Source: Ranitomeya imitator (Eukaryota). From it: 64,000 nt of DNA. The DNA is taken from positions 55,180,001 through 55,244,000 of the forward strand of contig NC_091287.1 in the NCBI RefSeq assembly GCF_032444005.1. The letters are read 5' to 3'. Position 1 is the first letter of the stretch. Each line of letters begins with the position of its first letter. The notes beneath the pieces are model-generated. The model ran no database searches. It was not told the origin of the DNA and saw only the letters and a program-made list of their open reading frames with translations. The position numbers and the translations under genes are program-made. Shown here piece by piece: positions 11,461-25,329 of the stretch.

Positions 11461-12143
11461 GGTATATAAATAATCATGATCTAAAAAAAATGTGTTGCAA
11501 AAAGTTTTTCAAAAATGCATGTAATTCAAAAACCTGATTTTAGCGATAGGTTATTTTCTGACAACTCATTCCCATTAAAAGTGGAAGAGGCTGATATTAA
11601 AACTGTAATACCATTTTTGCGCCCTGTAAAGTATCACTGAATTTCTGAATGACTAAGTCAGCATTGCCAAGAGTGATGACTATGCATCTAAAATATTTGT
11701 ACCGTACTTCATAAAACAGTTCCTACAATTCCTTCTAAATTTACAGCTACTAACCCTTGTACTCTTATATCCTTAGGCCGTCAAGTCCCTACAGAGAAAA
11801 GGCATCACATCTACAGAACATGAAGTAATCAATAATTTTTAACTTATAGATGATAAGATTATGTCTCTGGACCCTGGGGTAACCATAGATTGAAAGGTTA
11901 GATTGTAAATACGGATTCTTTTTGACTGGTGAAGATTTCTGTGTAACTCAAGTATACTGTCTATAGCTATATACTAGTGTCAACAAGTCTGCCTTGGACA
12001 GAGCTGGAGTCGCAAACTGAGTTTAGCCTACAGAAAAGCCTAGATTTCACAATATATTGCCCTTTTATGCCTACTTTTATGGTGTGATACTTTTATAGAC
12101 TTTTGATGTAACATGACATAATAATTATGTCATCTCAATAATT

Positions 12144-13006
12144 ATGCATCTCAAAAACATTTCTAGAATTCGCCCTTTTCTTACTTTCGACTCTGCAAAA
12201 ACTCTTACTGTTTCACTTATTCATTCTCGTCTGGACTATTGTAACTCTCTACTAATCGGCCTCCCTCTTACCAAACTCTCCCCGCTCCAATCTGTCCTGA
12301 ATGCTGCTGCCAGGATCATATTCCTCACCAACCGTTACACCGATGCCTCTACCTTGTGCCAGTCATTACACTGGTTACCCATCCACTCAAGAATCCAGTA
12401 CAAAACTACTACCCTCATCCACAAAGCACTCCATGGCTCAGCACCACCCTACATCTCCTCTCTGGTCTCAGTCTACCACCCTACCCGTGCCCTCCGCTCC
12501 GCTGATGACCTCAGGTTAGCATCCTCAATAATCAGAACCTCCCACTCTCGTCTCCAAGACTTTACACGTGCTGCGCCGATTCTTTGGAATGCACTACCTA
12601 GGATAATACGATTAATCCCCAATCCCCACAGTTTTAAGCGTGCCCTAAAAACTCATTTGTTCAGACTGGCCTACCGCCTCAATGCATTAACCTAACGATC
12701 CCTGTGTGGCCTATATTAAAAAAAAAAAAAAAAATTAATTAACTGGTTCATGCAGCTTTACATGAACACCCAAGCCTTACACTATGGCTGGTCCGAATAA
12801 CTATAGCAATTGTTACCATCCACCTCTCGTGTCTCCCCTTTTCCTCATAGTTTGTAAGCTTACGAGCAGGGCCCTCACTCCTCTTGGTATCTGTTTTGAA
12901 CTGTATTTCTGTTATGCTGTAATGTCTATTGTATGTACAAGTCCCCTCTATAATTTGTAAAGCGCTGCGGAATATGTTGGCGCTATATAAATAAAATTAT
13001 TATTAT
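12144..13006 (+). mobile_element. L2 (CR1-group) LINE 3' fragment
   Basis: ORF2 C-terminus (SRLDYCNSLL, LHWLP, FKRALKTHLF), 3' UTR ending tataaataaaattattattat. Confidence 0.85.
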
Positions 13007-14059
13007 GTAATAATGTAAAGAGAATATGCAACATTTTCGAATGAGAAGGTGAATAGTCTTCATTGTACTGTATGTCTTCTTAGCGTTTCATCACTTTCAC
13101 AAGACTCATTATGATCATTATTATCTGCTCAATCAGCAATAGCCACCATCATTATCATCATTATCCTATAATTTAACTCATTGCTGCTAAAATGAATCAA
13201 GTGGAGAAAGGCATGCAGCATTAGAGGATGAAGAGACACCTGCAGCATCTCCTAGATTTAAGTATTAATGTTTTATATTTAGCTCGCATTACAGCCTTTT
13301 ACCTGATGACATTTATAGTTATCGTTTTCTTGCCGGATAAAAAGATGATACATACATAAGACTGTGGGTATAAATACATACACGGGCTATTTACATGTCT
13401 CTGTTTTGATTAAGCATAAAGTGTGATCCCAAGTTCCAATAGTCCAGCCCAATAAATTGGTGAGGAAGTACATCTTAAGGTCCTTAAAGAAAGGACAGCT
13501 CTCTTCCCAAGACTTGGCAGACATACGGCATGCAATATATCAGTAATATTGCCTAACCTCAGACACAAGGCTCCGACTTTAAGGTGTGGTCCGGTACCTA
13601 GAATGTCCGATCTATCTTTACACTCTAACCACTTTTGTAATGAGCATTCTTATACAATGCCCTTCACTTTTCCCTATCTATCTAATCCCTAAATGTTTTT
13701 TTTGTAAATGATATCTGGCAGCACTAAAGTTCAATGCCACAGTTTCTTGCATCACCACCCACTGAAGATGTCCGGGATCATTTGTTCTAAAAGATGTGGG
13801 AGAGGTGAGTGCAGAGCCAGCATTCTACTTCTGTCTTCCCTGCTATTTCTTAACAGTGGGAGTAGACTTCATAAGAGGTGGAGACAGAAGCAGTGAGTGA
13901 CACCAGTCTGTGCACCCCTGAATCCATGCACCTCTCTCTCCCTGTTCTACCTGGTACGTTTGAACTGTCTCCTAACCTGGAATACCCACTGCACCCCTGA
14001 ATCCATGCACCTCTCTCCCCCTGTTGTACCTGGAAAGCCTACAGCCGGCAATAACCATT

Positions 14060-14508
14060 CTGCCGCCTCACCAACCACCCGAGCTGCCGCCTCACCAACC
14101 ACCCAAGCTGCCGCCTCGCCTACCATCCGAGCTGCCGCCCCACTAACCACCCAAGCTGCTGCCACGTCACTAACCACCCAAGCTGCTGCGTCACCACCGC
14201 CAGAGCTGCTGCCTCACCAACCACCCAAGCTGCCGCTTCACCAACCAACCGAGCTGCCGCCTCACCACCACCAGAGCTGCCGCCTCACCCCCACCAGTGC
14301 TGCAACACCCAAACCTCCTGTCTGTTCCCCATTATCCCAAAGAATGTAAGTCTGCAAGGACAGGGTCCTCTCCCCTCTGTACCAGTCTGTCATTGTAAAT
14401 TTGTTTACTGTTAACGATATCTATAACTCTGTATGTAACCCCTTTTCATATGTACAGCACCATGGAATTAATGGTGCTATATAAATAAATAAATAATAAT
14501 AATAATAA
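14060..14508 (+). mobile_element. L2-family 3' UTR fragment with an expanded 24-bp tandem repeat (ctgccgcctcaccaaccacccaag x~10) and (AAT)n tail
   Basis: 3' end closely similar to 51830-52000 (gaatgtaag..tgcaaggg.agggtcc...gcaccatggaattaatggtgctatataaataa). Confidence 0.75.
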
Positions 14509-15384
14509 GTAAGGGGAGGTGCTGGTGTCACTCACTGCTTCTATAACAGCCCCCAGGTGACGATTTGTTTGAAGGCAGCGCTAGATGCTGTGGGGGTGAC
14601 ATTGGCATCAATCACTACTTCTATCTCTGCCCCATGAAGATGCATTCTTTCATTATTAGAAGCAGCAGTGTTAGAGACAGAAGCAGAGTGCCAGCGCTGC
14701 AGTCCACTCTTCTACAGATTCTATCACCATGGATCCAGGACATGTTTCTGTGTAAGAAGATGTAATAACTGCAGAGCTGCCTGCTGATGACATCTTGCTC
14801 TAGCAAGGGTGATAGCCATAGCAGGAAAGTGAGTGCAGCCCTCAAACGAAACATCACAGGAAGTGAAGTAAAAAAAGACAGCAAATTTAGGGATTACATA
14901 AATTGGCAGAAGTGTAGGGTATTGTATAATAATTCTAATTGCAAAAATTATTAAGGTGTAAAGATAGGTATTTATAAAGGAAATTTTAAGTATGAGACCA
15001 CTTCTTTAAGCCTCTGCATAATTATATAGGGTACGTGTTGTACACTGACACCATAGACATATCTCTCGGTTTATTTTATTACATAAAAAACATAGCAAAC
15101 TAAGCTCTAATAGTAAAAATTAAAGGCATAAAGATATATCAACCTGCCGACAGCCAAATTAAATATTTGTCTTTTGAATGATGCTCTATCTGTACATTGT
15201 ATAGCTTCCAGGCAGAAAGTAATGTTAACAGAACCTTTCCATGTGCAAATAAATCACAGAAAAGTTCCCTTGATTCTATGTTGCCCTTATACAAAGCATA
15301 GCCATGGAAAGGCCAGAGACCATTTAGAGAGATGGCAGGTGACAACTGTTACATATGGGGCCCAGGTCAAATGCGAAACCTTAA

Positions 15385-15720
15385 GGCCAGGTTCACATTG
15401 CGTTAACAGCAGCCCATTCAACACATGCAACTGGCTGCTGTTAACGCAAGTGCCGATGTGTTATCGCGCTAGCGCAGATAGAACTAGCAGATGCTGTATC
15501 TGCGTCAGCAGTGACGGACCCAGAAACGCTGCAGCCCGCGTCCCAGGATCCGTCACTCAATGATGGCACATCGCTAGGACACGCCCATTGTGGGCGTGCG
15601 CTAGCGATGCATCCGACATTGGACTCAATGGTGGCGTTAACAGACTGCGTTACACCGCATTATTCTGTGGTGTAATGTAGTCCGTCTAACGGACGTCAGT
15701 AACGTAATGTGAACTCAGCC
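15385..15720. mobile_element. PIF/Harbinger-type MITE
   Basis: TIRs GGCCAGGTTCACATTGCGTT / AACGTAATGTGAACTCAGCC, TAA TSD on both sides. Confidence 0.75.
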
Positions 15721-15894
15721 TAAGTGTAAATGGTCAATGACTTTGACTGTAAGGGTTGTCCAATTTGGTCAATTATTTTTTTGCCAAAATGGGCTTGATG
15801 ATGAGATGGCCACTGGTGATATAATGCTGCAGTGAGTCTCTGCTCAGAAACAATGAGACTCCTAACCTAACTGATGAGAAACTCATCTTTGGAA

Positions 15895-15895
<1 letters not shown>

Positions 15896-15953
<58 letters not shown>

Positions 15954-15964
15954 ATCTATCTATC
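15896..15964. repeat. (TCTA)n microsatellite
   Basis: Direct reading. Confidence 0.95.
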
Positions 15965-18958
15965 GATCGATTATCTATCTAAATAGAAAAGACAGATAGC
16001 AGCACAAACTTGATCAGATTTTGGGTGCAATGCTTCTTGAATAAGGAGGCTGTCCAAAGCAAAATATAAATGGAAAAAAATCAGGCAGCACTCCAGTTCA
16101 AGGAAAAATTGTGGGCTTTAATCCAGCACAAAGTGGTGCAGTGTTTCGACCTCGCGGCACGGTCTTTGTCTATTATCTATCGCTATTTTTCCATATCTCT
16201 CCACATTATAACATTATACACCCACTTCACAAGCATTAGTTCCCCTCTCATTACCAATGAAGATGGACCTACACTCCAGCCACAGGAGAGACTACATGGG
16301 ATCCTACAACAGGTAGAGATGAAGTTTGAACGATACCTTTCGTGAGACAATCCCATTCAGTTAAATATAAAATAAATTAGGTTCTGTTTGGCATATGCCA
16401 CTAGATGACTGGGGGATATTACCAAATACATTTGTTGTCTCCTATGTGCCATTAAAAATGAATGGAAGGAAAAATGACCGTAGTGGGTGTCTGTTGTTTA
16501 TCTCTAATTTATGGGATTTCCTTTGTGTAGAAAATGTAAGACATAACTAGACTTCCTTCTATTGCTGCTTATTCTGTTTACCACAGTTTATTGTTAGGAA
16601 TTCTAGGCTAGCCCCCGTCCTCATTGTGATATTTCTGGAATTTGGTTTCATACTCCTAGCTACATTTAGTAACATACCCCTACCCTGTGTATCCAGGCAA
16701 TTACTCCATCCAACAATAGAACAAATAAACGCGGTGAATCATTTAGACTTTGACCCGGTTGAGGATTTCTGATTACTTCACAGAAGACACTGCTGAAAAA
16801 TTAAAAAAAAGCTTCTTTGAGGCCATTCCCATTTTCCCATTCAGATATTTTTCTTTGACATTTGAACATTGATGAAAGGGGAAAGACAATGGAGGCCTCC
16901 CGCGCTCACCTTCATCAGCTGCCCTTTCAGAAATTTCAAGTATCCTAAAGATTTAATATAACTGAGTCTTAATTTCCTGTGCGAAGCTTCACTTTTTTCA
17001 ATATAGGATGATCATGTATATTTTACTATGATCAAACGTGACCTAGTATTGGGATAATGGAGACATTTGTACAACTGATACTAAATGAATTGTCATGTCC
17101 TGGTTGTATTTCATGTATACAAGAAATGATGAAAAGGAGGTTAGGCAGAAGGTATTGATTGTGGTATAATTACCACCTGCTGTTACTATACGGCAGCTAA
17201 TATGGATATATGGCGCCAAAGTGATCAATTATAGAGGCAGTAGGATTATCTTGTGCGGATTCCTGCTGTGTTTTCTATTACTTTTATGTTGGGAATATTG
17301 AAGAAGCTGACAAAGAAATAATAGCTCTTTACAAAGATCTCCAGCTTGGATCTCAATTGATTTCATCTAATAATCAAAATAGTTTCCAGAACACTGTACA
17401 CTGCTGAGGATAGATTGGTCTCTTCATAATCCTCCTGGCTCTCATGGAAATGTTCAGAATTGACTTGGATCTGGAAGAAGTTGATATTTACGAATGTATA
17501 TTCATAATTGATCTGTTTAGTTACTTACATCAGTATCATCTAAAGATGAACAAATCTTTTTGCCCAAGTTCACATGTGCATATAGAAAAAGTCGTCCATG
17601 TTTCTTACAAACAAAATGGACGATTTTCATTATAAAGGGGTTGTCCACTACTTTAACATTGATGGTCTGTCCTTAGGATAGGTCATCAATGTCTGATCAC
17701 AAGCAATTCAGGTCTGTGAAAACAAATACACATTTAAACAGCTAAATTGAATAGTATTGGTCCGATTGCTGTCACTGTGATATTAGGGTTTTAATGGACC
17801 AAAAATATTGTCATAAAATTGAGTTAGTTTCGAATTTGCCAAAAATTTAGATTTGCCAAAATAATAGTATTTTTTAGATTCAATTATATAAACTCCAGCA
17901 AAATGATAAATTGCTGACTACCAATTTGTTGTATTCTTAAGGCAGGAAGAAATTAAAAAATATATTTTATACTCATCTATCTCTACTCCGCCAGTCCTCC
18001 GATCTGCTACTGTGTCTTTTCTCTTCTATCTTCTTCTCTTTTTGGGCCTCCAGTACTGTCTTTCTTTAACAAGCCCCACATCTTCACATGGCCATGACAC
18101 ATGATTGACATCAGTAGCATGTGTAACATCCCAGGTAACCAGTTGTTACAGGAGCATTGCTTTCCTCTCGGGGAGGGTGATGCCATGCTTGGAAGCGAGG
18201 AAGGACTCCTTTAGCAGATAACCAATACATGCAACACAGTTCTGACTCCAGGGCAGAAGGGGGAGCTCGAGACCCGGATTCAGGGGAACTTCCCTATATA
18301 TTCTGGCCTGGGGGAGGAGTGAATCAGTCTGTCAGAGGGACAGAGGAGAGAGGAAGCAGACAGAGAGAGTCTGAGAGAGGAAAGTTGGGGCCGTGCAGAC
18401 AAGTGGTTCTGTAGCTCCTGGACAGAGAGAATAGAAACAGAGCAGTCTGTAGGAGACTGATAAGGGAGGAGAAGCACAGAAGAAGTAAAGAGCTGGAGGG
18501 GAGCTGTGACTGAGCTCCCTCCACGCTGAAGCGCAAAATACTGTATTAAATATAGGAGGACTAGAGTTATTCGTATTAAAAATACCATTTATTAAATATA
18601 AAAAACATGAAAATACAAAAAACTTTCTTAATATCACATATACTATATAAGCATGGAAATATAAAGGATAGTGTGATCCCTGTGGTGCAAAAACGCAAAG
18701 GGGTCGTAAGCCTGGGCTAAAAAAGGCAGCAATAAACAATGTAACAAAGCAATGGATAGCATGGACTCAAGTAAATTTGTACTGCACATATACTGGCAGG
18801 GAAGGTAATTTCCTTCCTTGTAAATTTTCAAATAGTTCCAGCCGTGCATAAGTATCCCATATATCATAAAGAGCAATTGCTGCCGAAAAACAAAGATTAC
18901 ATGATAAAGGGTTAATTACCCATAGTATACGTAGTGCCGTCCAGGACACGACCACTCT

Positions 18959-19004
18959 CCCCGACGCACGTTTCGCGAGAATGAGTCTCGCTTCCTCAAG
19001 GGGG
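18959..19004 (-). ncRNA. Type I hammerhead ribozyme, U3 variant (PLE-associated)
   Basis: Minus strand: CCCCC-TTGAGGA-A-GCGAGA(CTCAT)TCTCGC-GAAA-CGTGCG-TC-GGGG; 6-bp stem II, wobble-palindromic stem III, GUC cleavage triplet. Confidence 0.8.
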
Positions 19005-19919
19005 CGTGGTCTCAACTGAATAGACGTCAGCATTAAATACACGGCCGTTCCGGTCACATGACCAGCAACAAGCCTGTAGAATCCCATGTTTATGCGCATG
19101 CGTAGACGCCGTCACCGGGACCAGTGAATTGCAACCCCACGCCGCCAATGCCCATGCCGGATACAGCGGCCGGCACCAAGCCGCATGTTACCCGACATGA
19201 GACATGGAGGCACAGAGCACGCAAATGGGTCCGGAGCACAGCGGACACGCAGGTAAAGAATATCAAGAAATGAACCAGCCATATAATAAACATGAATAAA
19301 CATTGTGAAATAAGTTACGGTGGTAAATATACTTGTTGGAAAAATACAAATCAATTTAGCTGTTGATGGAGCATAAAATTGCTACATGTGAAGTAGTGAT
19401 ATGAATTCTATAAACATAATAATATACTTCATATCTATCATTATGCCGTGAACCCACGTGTATATAAACATACAATGATATAAAAAAAAAATCTGCATAT
19501 ACAACATTAAAATGTGACCAAAATATGATGACAACATATTTTACATTAATAAAACAATAGTGACTGCTGTAGCTATTATGTCGATATTGTGCATTAAAAA
19601 AATAAATAGACAAAAATATATGAAAAAAAGAATAAACAAATTATAAATACAATCATGGCAGTTGTAGGGTATTCAATTAAAATTTTCTTGAGCGTGGTTG
19701 CTTGCGCCAATAGGTTTTCGATCGTCATTCAAAATCGCTGTATATGCTGATCACAAAGAGTTATAAAACTATGAACAAAATAGAAAAACAGACAATAAGG
19801 ATTAAAACACTGAATTAAAAGAAAAATAAGAGACCAATTTGAAAAGGAAGAAGCATATCTGGAGAAGGGTCCCAATACTACCAAATATGGGGAAACGGAG
19901 AGCATAATTTATATAGATG

Positions 19920-20628
19920 TTATAAGAAGGAAGAGTAACCTGTGGTCTCATTTAATCCATCAGGTACCATAGTGCCCAGGATAAAAATCCATCTGCACTC
20001 TTTTTGTGCCAGGAGACGTTTAATGTCACCTCCCCTTATTCCACATTGAACGTGTTCAATGCCCCTCACAGAAAGATGTTTCGGATTACAATTATGGAAT
20101 AACCGAAAATGGCGGGGCAAGGTTTTTAGAAGTGAGACTTCAGATTCTGATTCGGCAGCCACAATGTCTCGGACATGCTCGCGTGTACGAATGCCCAAAC
20201 GTCTTGAAGTCAAACCTACATATATTTTTGGGCAGGTACACGTTGCATAATAAATTACCTGTGTTGTTTTACAAGTAATATGTTGTCTAATATTAAATTG
20301 TTTTTTTCCGTCAGCTGATTGAAACGTTGTGGCACGAACGATATTCTTGCATGCTATGCAGTTCCCACAAGAAAAACATCCTTTAGTGGGACCACCTGAG
20401 TTGAAAAAGGGGCCACTGCGATCTATGACCGGGACATAATGGCTGCTCATCAGTAGATCACCCAAATTTTTACTGCGTCTTGATGTCATGAGGGGAACAT
20501 CTGTTAGGCTCTTTGCCAAAGTTGCATCAGTTTTTAATACGTCCCAATGTTTTAATATGCAGGCTCTCATATCCTGCCATTGTCCATTATATGTTGATAT
20601 GAAACGGATTTGATTTTCCCTTTTAGTT
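19920..20628 (-). pseudogene. PLE ORF 3' part: linker plus GIY-YIG endonuclease
   Basis: IRFISTYN..ILKHW linker, CFSCGNCIAC Cys cluster, VIYYATCTCPKIYVG (GIY-YIG variant), EH, GLN; frame open upstream of the tracked Met to ~20628; RT missing. Confidence 0.9.
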
Positions 20629-21823
20629 GGTTAGAACTTTGCGCAAAATACTGGTAGCCGGAAGACTGAGGTTGTGGGGGTAACTGTATGCCCCACAGTA
20701 GAAACTGGCACACAGGAGATTGCAGGTCGCCTGCCCACCATTAACACCTGAAGGCACAGCAACACATAGAGCCGAGAGTCATACTGAGAGACACCTGTAA
20801 AAAAGCTCGAGTTGCCTGCCATGCGGGTAGTGTCCTATTAAAAGGGACAGAGAGAATTTGAGGACCTTGTGTGAGGCCTAAGGCAGCAAGGGACTGCACC
20901 ACAGCGCAGAGAGGAAGGCTTCAAACTTGATTTCTGAATCGCTTCCAACCCAGCCTGATCTTACCATCACCTGTGATCCATACCCTGGACTGTGGCTGCC
21001 TAAGGTATAGAGACTACAACTTTGTGTCCTCTGATTCTTTCTACACCACCTACCACCTGTCCCTACTACACCGGGAGCCATGGGGATTCAGATTCACCTG
21101 TGGGAAGCCATACCATCTCTGCTGCAGTATTATCATTCCCAGTGGACCCCTTTAAGCAGCATTGATTGTCCCTGACTGAATACCACAGGTGATGACACAA
21201 ACACTCTTTATTCAAATAACCCCTTTAAAGACCTTCCCTTTCACTTGGATGCCCAGGGCCATGGACTGGGTCGCTGCCACCGTGACAATCCCTTTAACGA
21301 CCACCAGACCCGGCCCGAGTACCCCAAGGTCCTAGTGGGGCGCTCCACATACATTATGCCCCATGTAAAGGCATTGGACCTACTGAAGAATGGCAGCACT
21401 GGAGACCAAGAAAGAGAAAAACATAGAGAAGAGAAGAGCGGAGACTGAGGAACTGATCTGAAGACTAGCGATGGTGGGACAGTTTTTTAACTTCTTCTCA
21501 GCTGATTAAATTTGTACCAATTTTATTTGGCCAAATTGAAGCATGTCTTTGAAAATCAGGTTTCTGCTTCTTTACTCATCTTTATTCTAAACATACTGTA
21601 TCAAATAGTTTTTTTTAAATACTTGACTCATATTTAAAAGTGATGTTTTCAAAAAGTCATCAGAAACTGACTTGTTTAATTTTTTTAGTTAGATTTTTTC
21701 TTTTCTATGTTATCTTTGTTTAAAAAAATCTGAAATGCTTGCAGTTTTCTCTCACACAGGTAAAACTTAAATCAAAGTGGTGTTTCTTGTTCCATAGGGA
21801 TCAGTTTGCATTGCTCATCTTAT

Positions 21824-23550
21824 CAGAGGCGTATCTAGGGGGGCAGGTGGTGTATGAGCCCTGGGCATAGCCAGCAAGGGGGTGCCATCGGGCATCCTGA
21901 TGTAGCGGTGTGAGGTGTCTTCCTGGCAGCTGTATTTTGCCACCCCCCAGACTGGGAGTTGACCATGCTCTGAGCTGGCTGTCAAGCTGATGCCGGCTCG
22001 CAAAACGTCGAGTGCGCCAGCTCCCAATGACTGCAGTACAATTGAAGATCTGACAGGGTGGGTCAGGCCAACATCAGCAGCATGTTCAAGTCATGACTTG
22101 TAACGAGGGGGTGAGGGAGGTTTGTTGGTTACGTTTGAGGCACAATATCAAGGGGGGAGTAAGATTTGAGGCCACAGCATGGGGAAAGAGGAAGGAATGG
22201 GTGCGTGCAGCCACAATATGCGCGGAGTACTAAGATTTGCAGACATTGTTTTGAGAACTATGAAGGAATGGGTGCAGATATAATATGGGAAGGGGGAAGC
22301 AGGAGAATTTTGAGGACAGAGTATGAGGATAAAGGTGGGAAATTGAGGCATATAAGAGGAAACAGTATGAGGGGGCATAGGTGCGGAGACAGTATGGTTA
22401 GTAGGGTATACGTGAGGAGGCAGTATGAAGATTGAGGGAAAAATGTGTGAGGAGACTAGTGAGGAGAATAGTGTGAGCAAACAGTATGGGGGAGAAAAGT
22501 GTGAATCAGCACAGAATACCAACTGTGTAGTGTTGGGGCGTAGCATTGGGCAGGCAGTATGCTGATGAAGGGGGCACAGTATAGAGACTAGGACCTATAG
22601 GGGGACCCAGTGTGAGAGGACAGTGCAAATAAGGGGCCCAGTATAGAAAGGAAGGGGGGATTTGGAGGGCATGTACCATAATAGATACATTGTGGGAGTC
22701 ATATTTTGTGCTGGGAATATAGTGAGGGGAAATTAATTATTCAGGTGGTTAGCGTAGGGCAAATATTTTTATTCAAGAGCATGATAATGACACTATTTTT
22801 AAGGGCACCATCCAGGGACGCGCTGTAGAAGATTGGAGAAGATGGAAGTCTGCAGAGATGAGATGTTGATATGTGAAGTCATCATAGCATTTGGACAAAA
22901 TGAAGAAGAGAAAGAGAACAACTCCAATCAGAGACAACATCACCTATAAGGTACTTGGACGTAAATGTTTTCTTGTGATACTGACTACGGTAATTCTTAT
23001 CTGTACTGTGGTGCCTGTGTGTGTATGGTCCACAGCCTAGTATCTCCTTACCATTGTTTAGGACAATTGACAATTGATGTACAATGTACTGATGGTGGTT
23101 CTAGAGATGTATTCATGTACTGATGGTGGTCCTCGTGATATATTCCTGTACTGATGATGGTTTTTGTGATGTATGCCTGTACTTATGAGGGTTTTGATGC
23201 TGTGTTTCTATACAGATGGAGGTTATACAGATGAATTCGGTACATTTGGTGGTTCTGATGATGCATTTCTGTACTGCTAGTGGTTCTGGTAAAGTATTTT
23301 TGTACTGCTGGTGTTTCTCATGAAGTATTTCTGTACTGATGGGGTTGTGATGCTGTATTTCTGTACTAATGGGGGTTATAATGATGTATTTCTGTACTGC
23401 TGGTGGTTCTGATGATGGATTTTTGTGCCGTTCTTGGTTCTGTTATAGATTCTGATCTTGTACACATGTTACAATCCATAACTTGTAAGGTGATGTGATA
23501 CATAGCTATGTTAATAAAGTGTTATGCCATTTGACAAATTAAGGGTTGCT
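21824..23550. mobile_element. Degenerate hAT-like MITE remnant with ~36-bp degenerate repeats at 23060-23430
   Basis: Left end cagaggcgtatctagg; right end not found; tgtactgatggtggttct units visible. Confidence 0.35.
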
Positions 23551-23578
23551 ATGATTTTATTTATGGTAGGAGCATTAA

Positions 23579-23892
23579 AGGGGTTGTCCAAGTATGTGAT
23601 GAGTCTGCAGTCATTCTATGTGACTGCAGACTTCTAAATTCTCACAGTGGCCACTGCACGTTGTCAGGAATATCTGGTGCCGACAATTTGCATACATGTG
23701 GTCACATGCCGACTAGACTTGTGTCACCTCACTCAATGAAAATTAATTCAGCAAGGTTGAACACGTCTAGTCAGAATGTGGCCAGAAGTATACAAATCGG
23801 AGTCCACTCTTGCCACCAAGAAGGGAGAATCCTAAAAGTGTGCAGTCACATAGAGTGACTGCAGACTTTCATCTCAAACCTGGACCATCCCT
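23579..23892. mobile_element. T2/Kolobok-type MITE
   Basis: TTAA-AGGGGTTGTCCA ... TGGACCATCCCT-TTAA; internal inverted segments (agtctgcagtca / tgactgcagact). Confidence 0.75.
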
Positions 23893-24042
23893 TTAATTAT
23901 AAAATGAAGCACTGTAGCATGGCAATCCTAGTAGCATGTAATATATTCATTGTCAGCACTGAGTTCTGCTTGCAGGTTCCAGCAGTTATCACATGGCCAC
24001 TTCACTTGTGCGATTTTCATACTTGCGGTCAAGTGATCTTTT

Positions 24043-25319
24043 TGACCGCTCCTTCAGTGTTCTGTTCTCTGGCTCCACTTCATCTCCTCTTCCTCTCGCT
24101 GTCGGGGTACCTCAGGGCTCAGTCCTTGGTCCCCTTCTCTTCTCCCTCTACACAGCCCCAATTGGACAGACCATCAGCAGATTTGGCTTTCAGTACCATC
24201 TTTATGCCAACGACACACAACTATATACATCATCCCCTGACCTTACCCCCGCTGTACTACAGAACGCCACTGACTGTCCGCAGTCTCCAACATCATGTCC
24301 GCTCTCTATCTGAAACTCAACCTCTACAAAACTGAACTTCTGCTCCTGCCATCTACTAAAGTCCCTAAATCTGACATTTTCCTCTCCATGGGTCGCACCA
24401 TAATAACACCCCGGCAGCAGGCGCGATGTCTGGGTGTTATGTTTGACTTCGATCTCTCCTTCACATCCCATATACAATCTCTTGCTCGCTTGTGCCGCTT
24501 ACACCTAAAGAACATCTTTGGAATCCGCCCTTTTCTCACCATGGAAACAACAAAAACTCTCACTGTCGCCTTGATCCACTCCCAACTGGACTACTATAAC
24601 ACTCTATTAATTGGCCTCCCCCTCACTCGACTTTCCCCTCTCCAGTCTATCCTTAATGCGGCAGCCAGGGTTGTCCATCTAGCTAATCGTTATTCAGACA
24701 TGTCCGCTCTTCGCCAATCATTACACTGGCTGCCCATTCATTACAGGATACAATTCAAAGTACTTGTTCTCACCCACAAAGCCCTGCACAGTGCGGCACC
24801 CCCTTACATCTCCTCCCTCATTTCTGTCTATCAGCCTAACCGACTGCTGCGCTCTGCAAATGACTTTCAACTAACCTCTGCACTAATCCGTACCTCCCAC
24901 TCCCGACTCAAAGACTTCTCCCGTGCTGCGCCAATCCTCTGGAATGCTCTACCCCAAGATATTAGGACCATCCGCAATTTGCATAGTTTTAGGTCCTCGC
25001 TCAAAACACATTTGTTCAGAGCGGCCTACCACGTTCACTAATCAAAGTCATTTTATGTTTGTGTGTGTGTAGCCCATTCATTATCTCCATCTATCCCCCA
25101 CCCCCTGAAGATGGCTGGACCATCATTGTAAATACAACATTGTAAATACACACCTGTACTTTGTATCTCCCCCACCTCATTGTAGATTGTAAGCTCTCAC
25201 GAGCAGGGTGGTCTTATTGTGCTTTAATTATTGTATTGTTAATGTTGTTACTTATGACTGTTGTTTGAAACTGTTAAACTGTAAAGTGCTGCAGAATATG
25301 TTGGTGCTATATAAATAAA
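24043..25319 (+). mobile_element. L2 LINE 3' fragment (RT C-terminus, frameshifted)
   Basis: [27 protein letters not shown] (YADD variant), LKLNxxKTE, LGVMFD, LHWLP, LKTHLF; tataaataaag end. Confidence 0.9.
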
Positions 25320-25329
25320 GATATATATA

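Larger units (their letters stand above)
18544..20640 (-). mobile_element. Penelope-like element, 5'-truncated
   Basis: 13-bp TSD GCGCAAAATACTG (18531-18543, 20641-20653); GIY-YIG ORF, ~1.37-kb 3' UTR with hammerhead. Confidence 0.9.
18120..21349. mobile_element. Solo LTR (~1.1 kb, Ty3/Gypsy-like) split by a PLE insertion
   Basis: Termini tgtgtaacatccc ... ggggcgctccaca (imperfect IR, TG..CA); sequence resumes across the duplicated GCGCAAAATACTG; no clean TSD. Confidence 0.55.

Noticed and set aside
16263-17407. Chain of candidate exons (16263-16312, ~16847, ~17008, frame 17234-17407) and the idea of TGA read as selenocysteine
   Set aside because: No phase-consistent stop-free path, weak splice sites, no recognisable protein or SECIS; frames of this length are expected by chance
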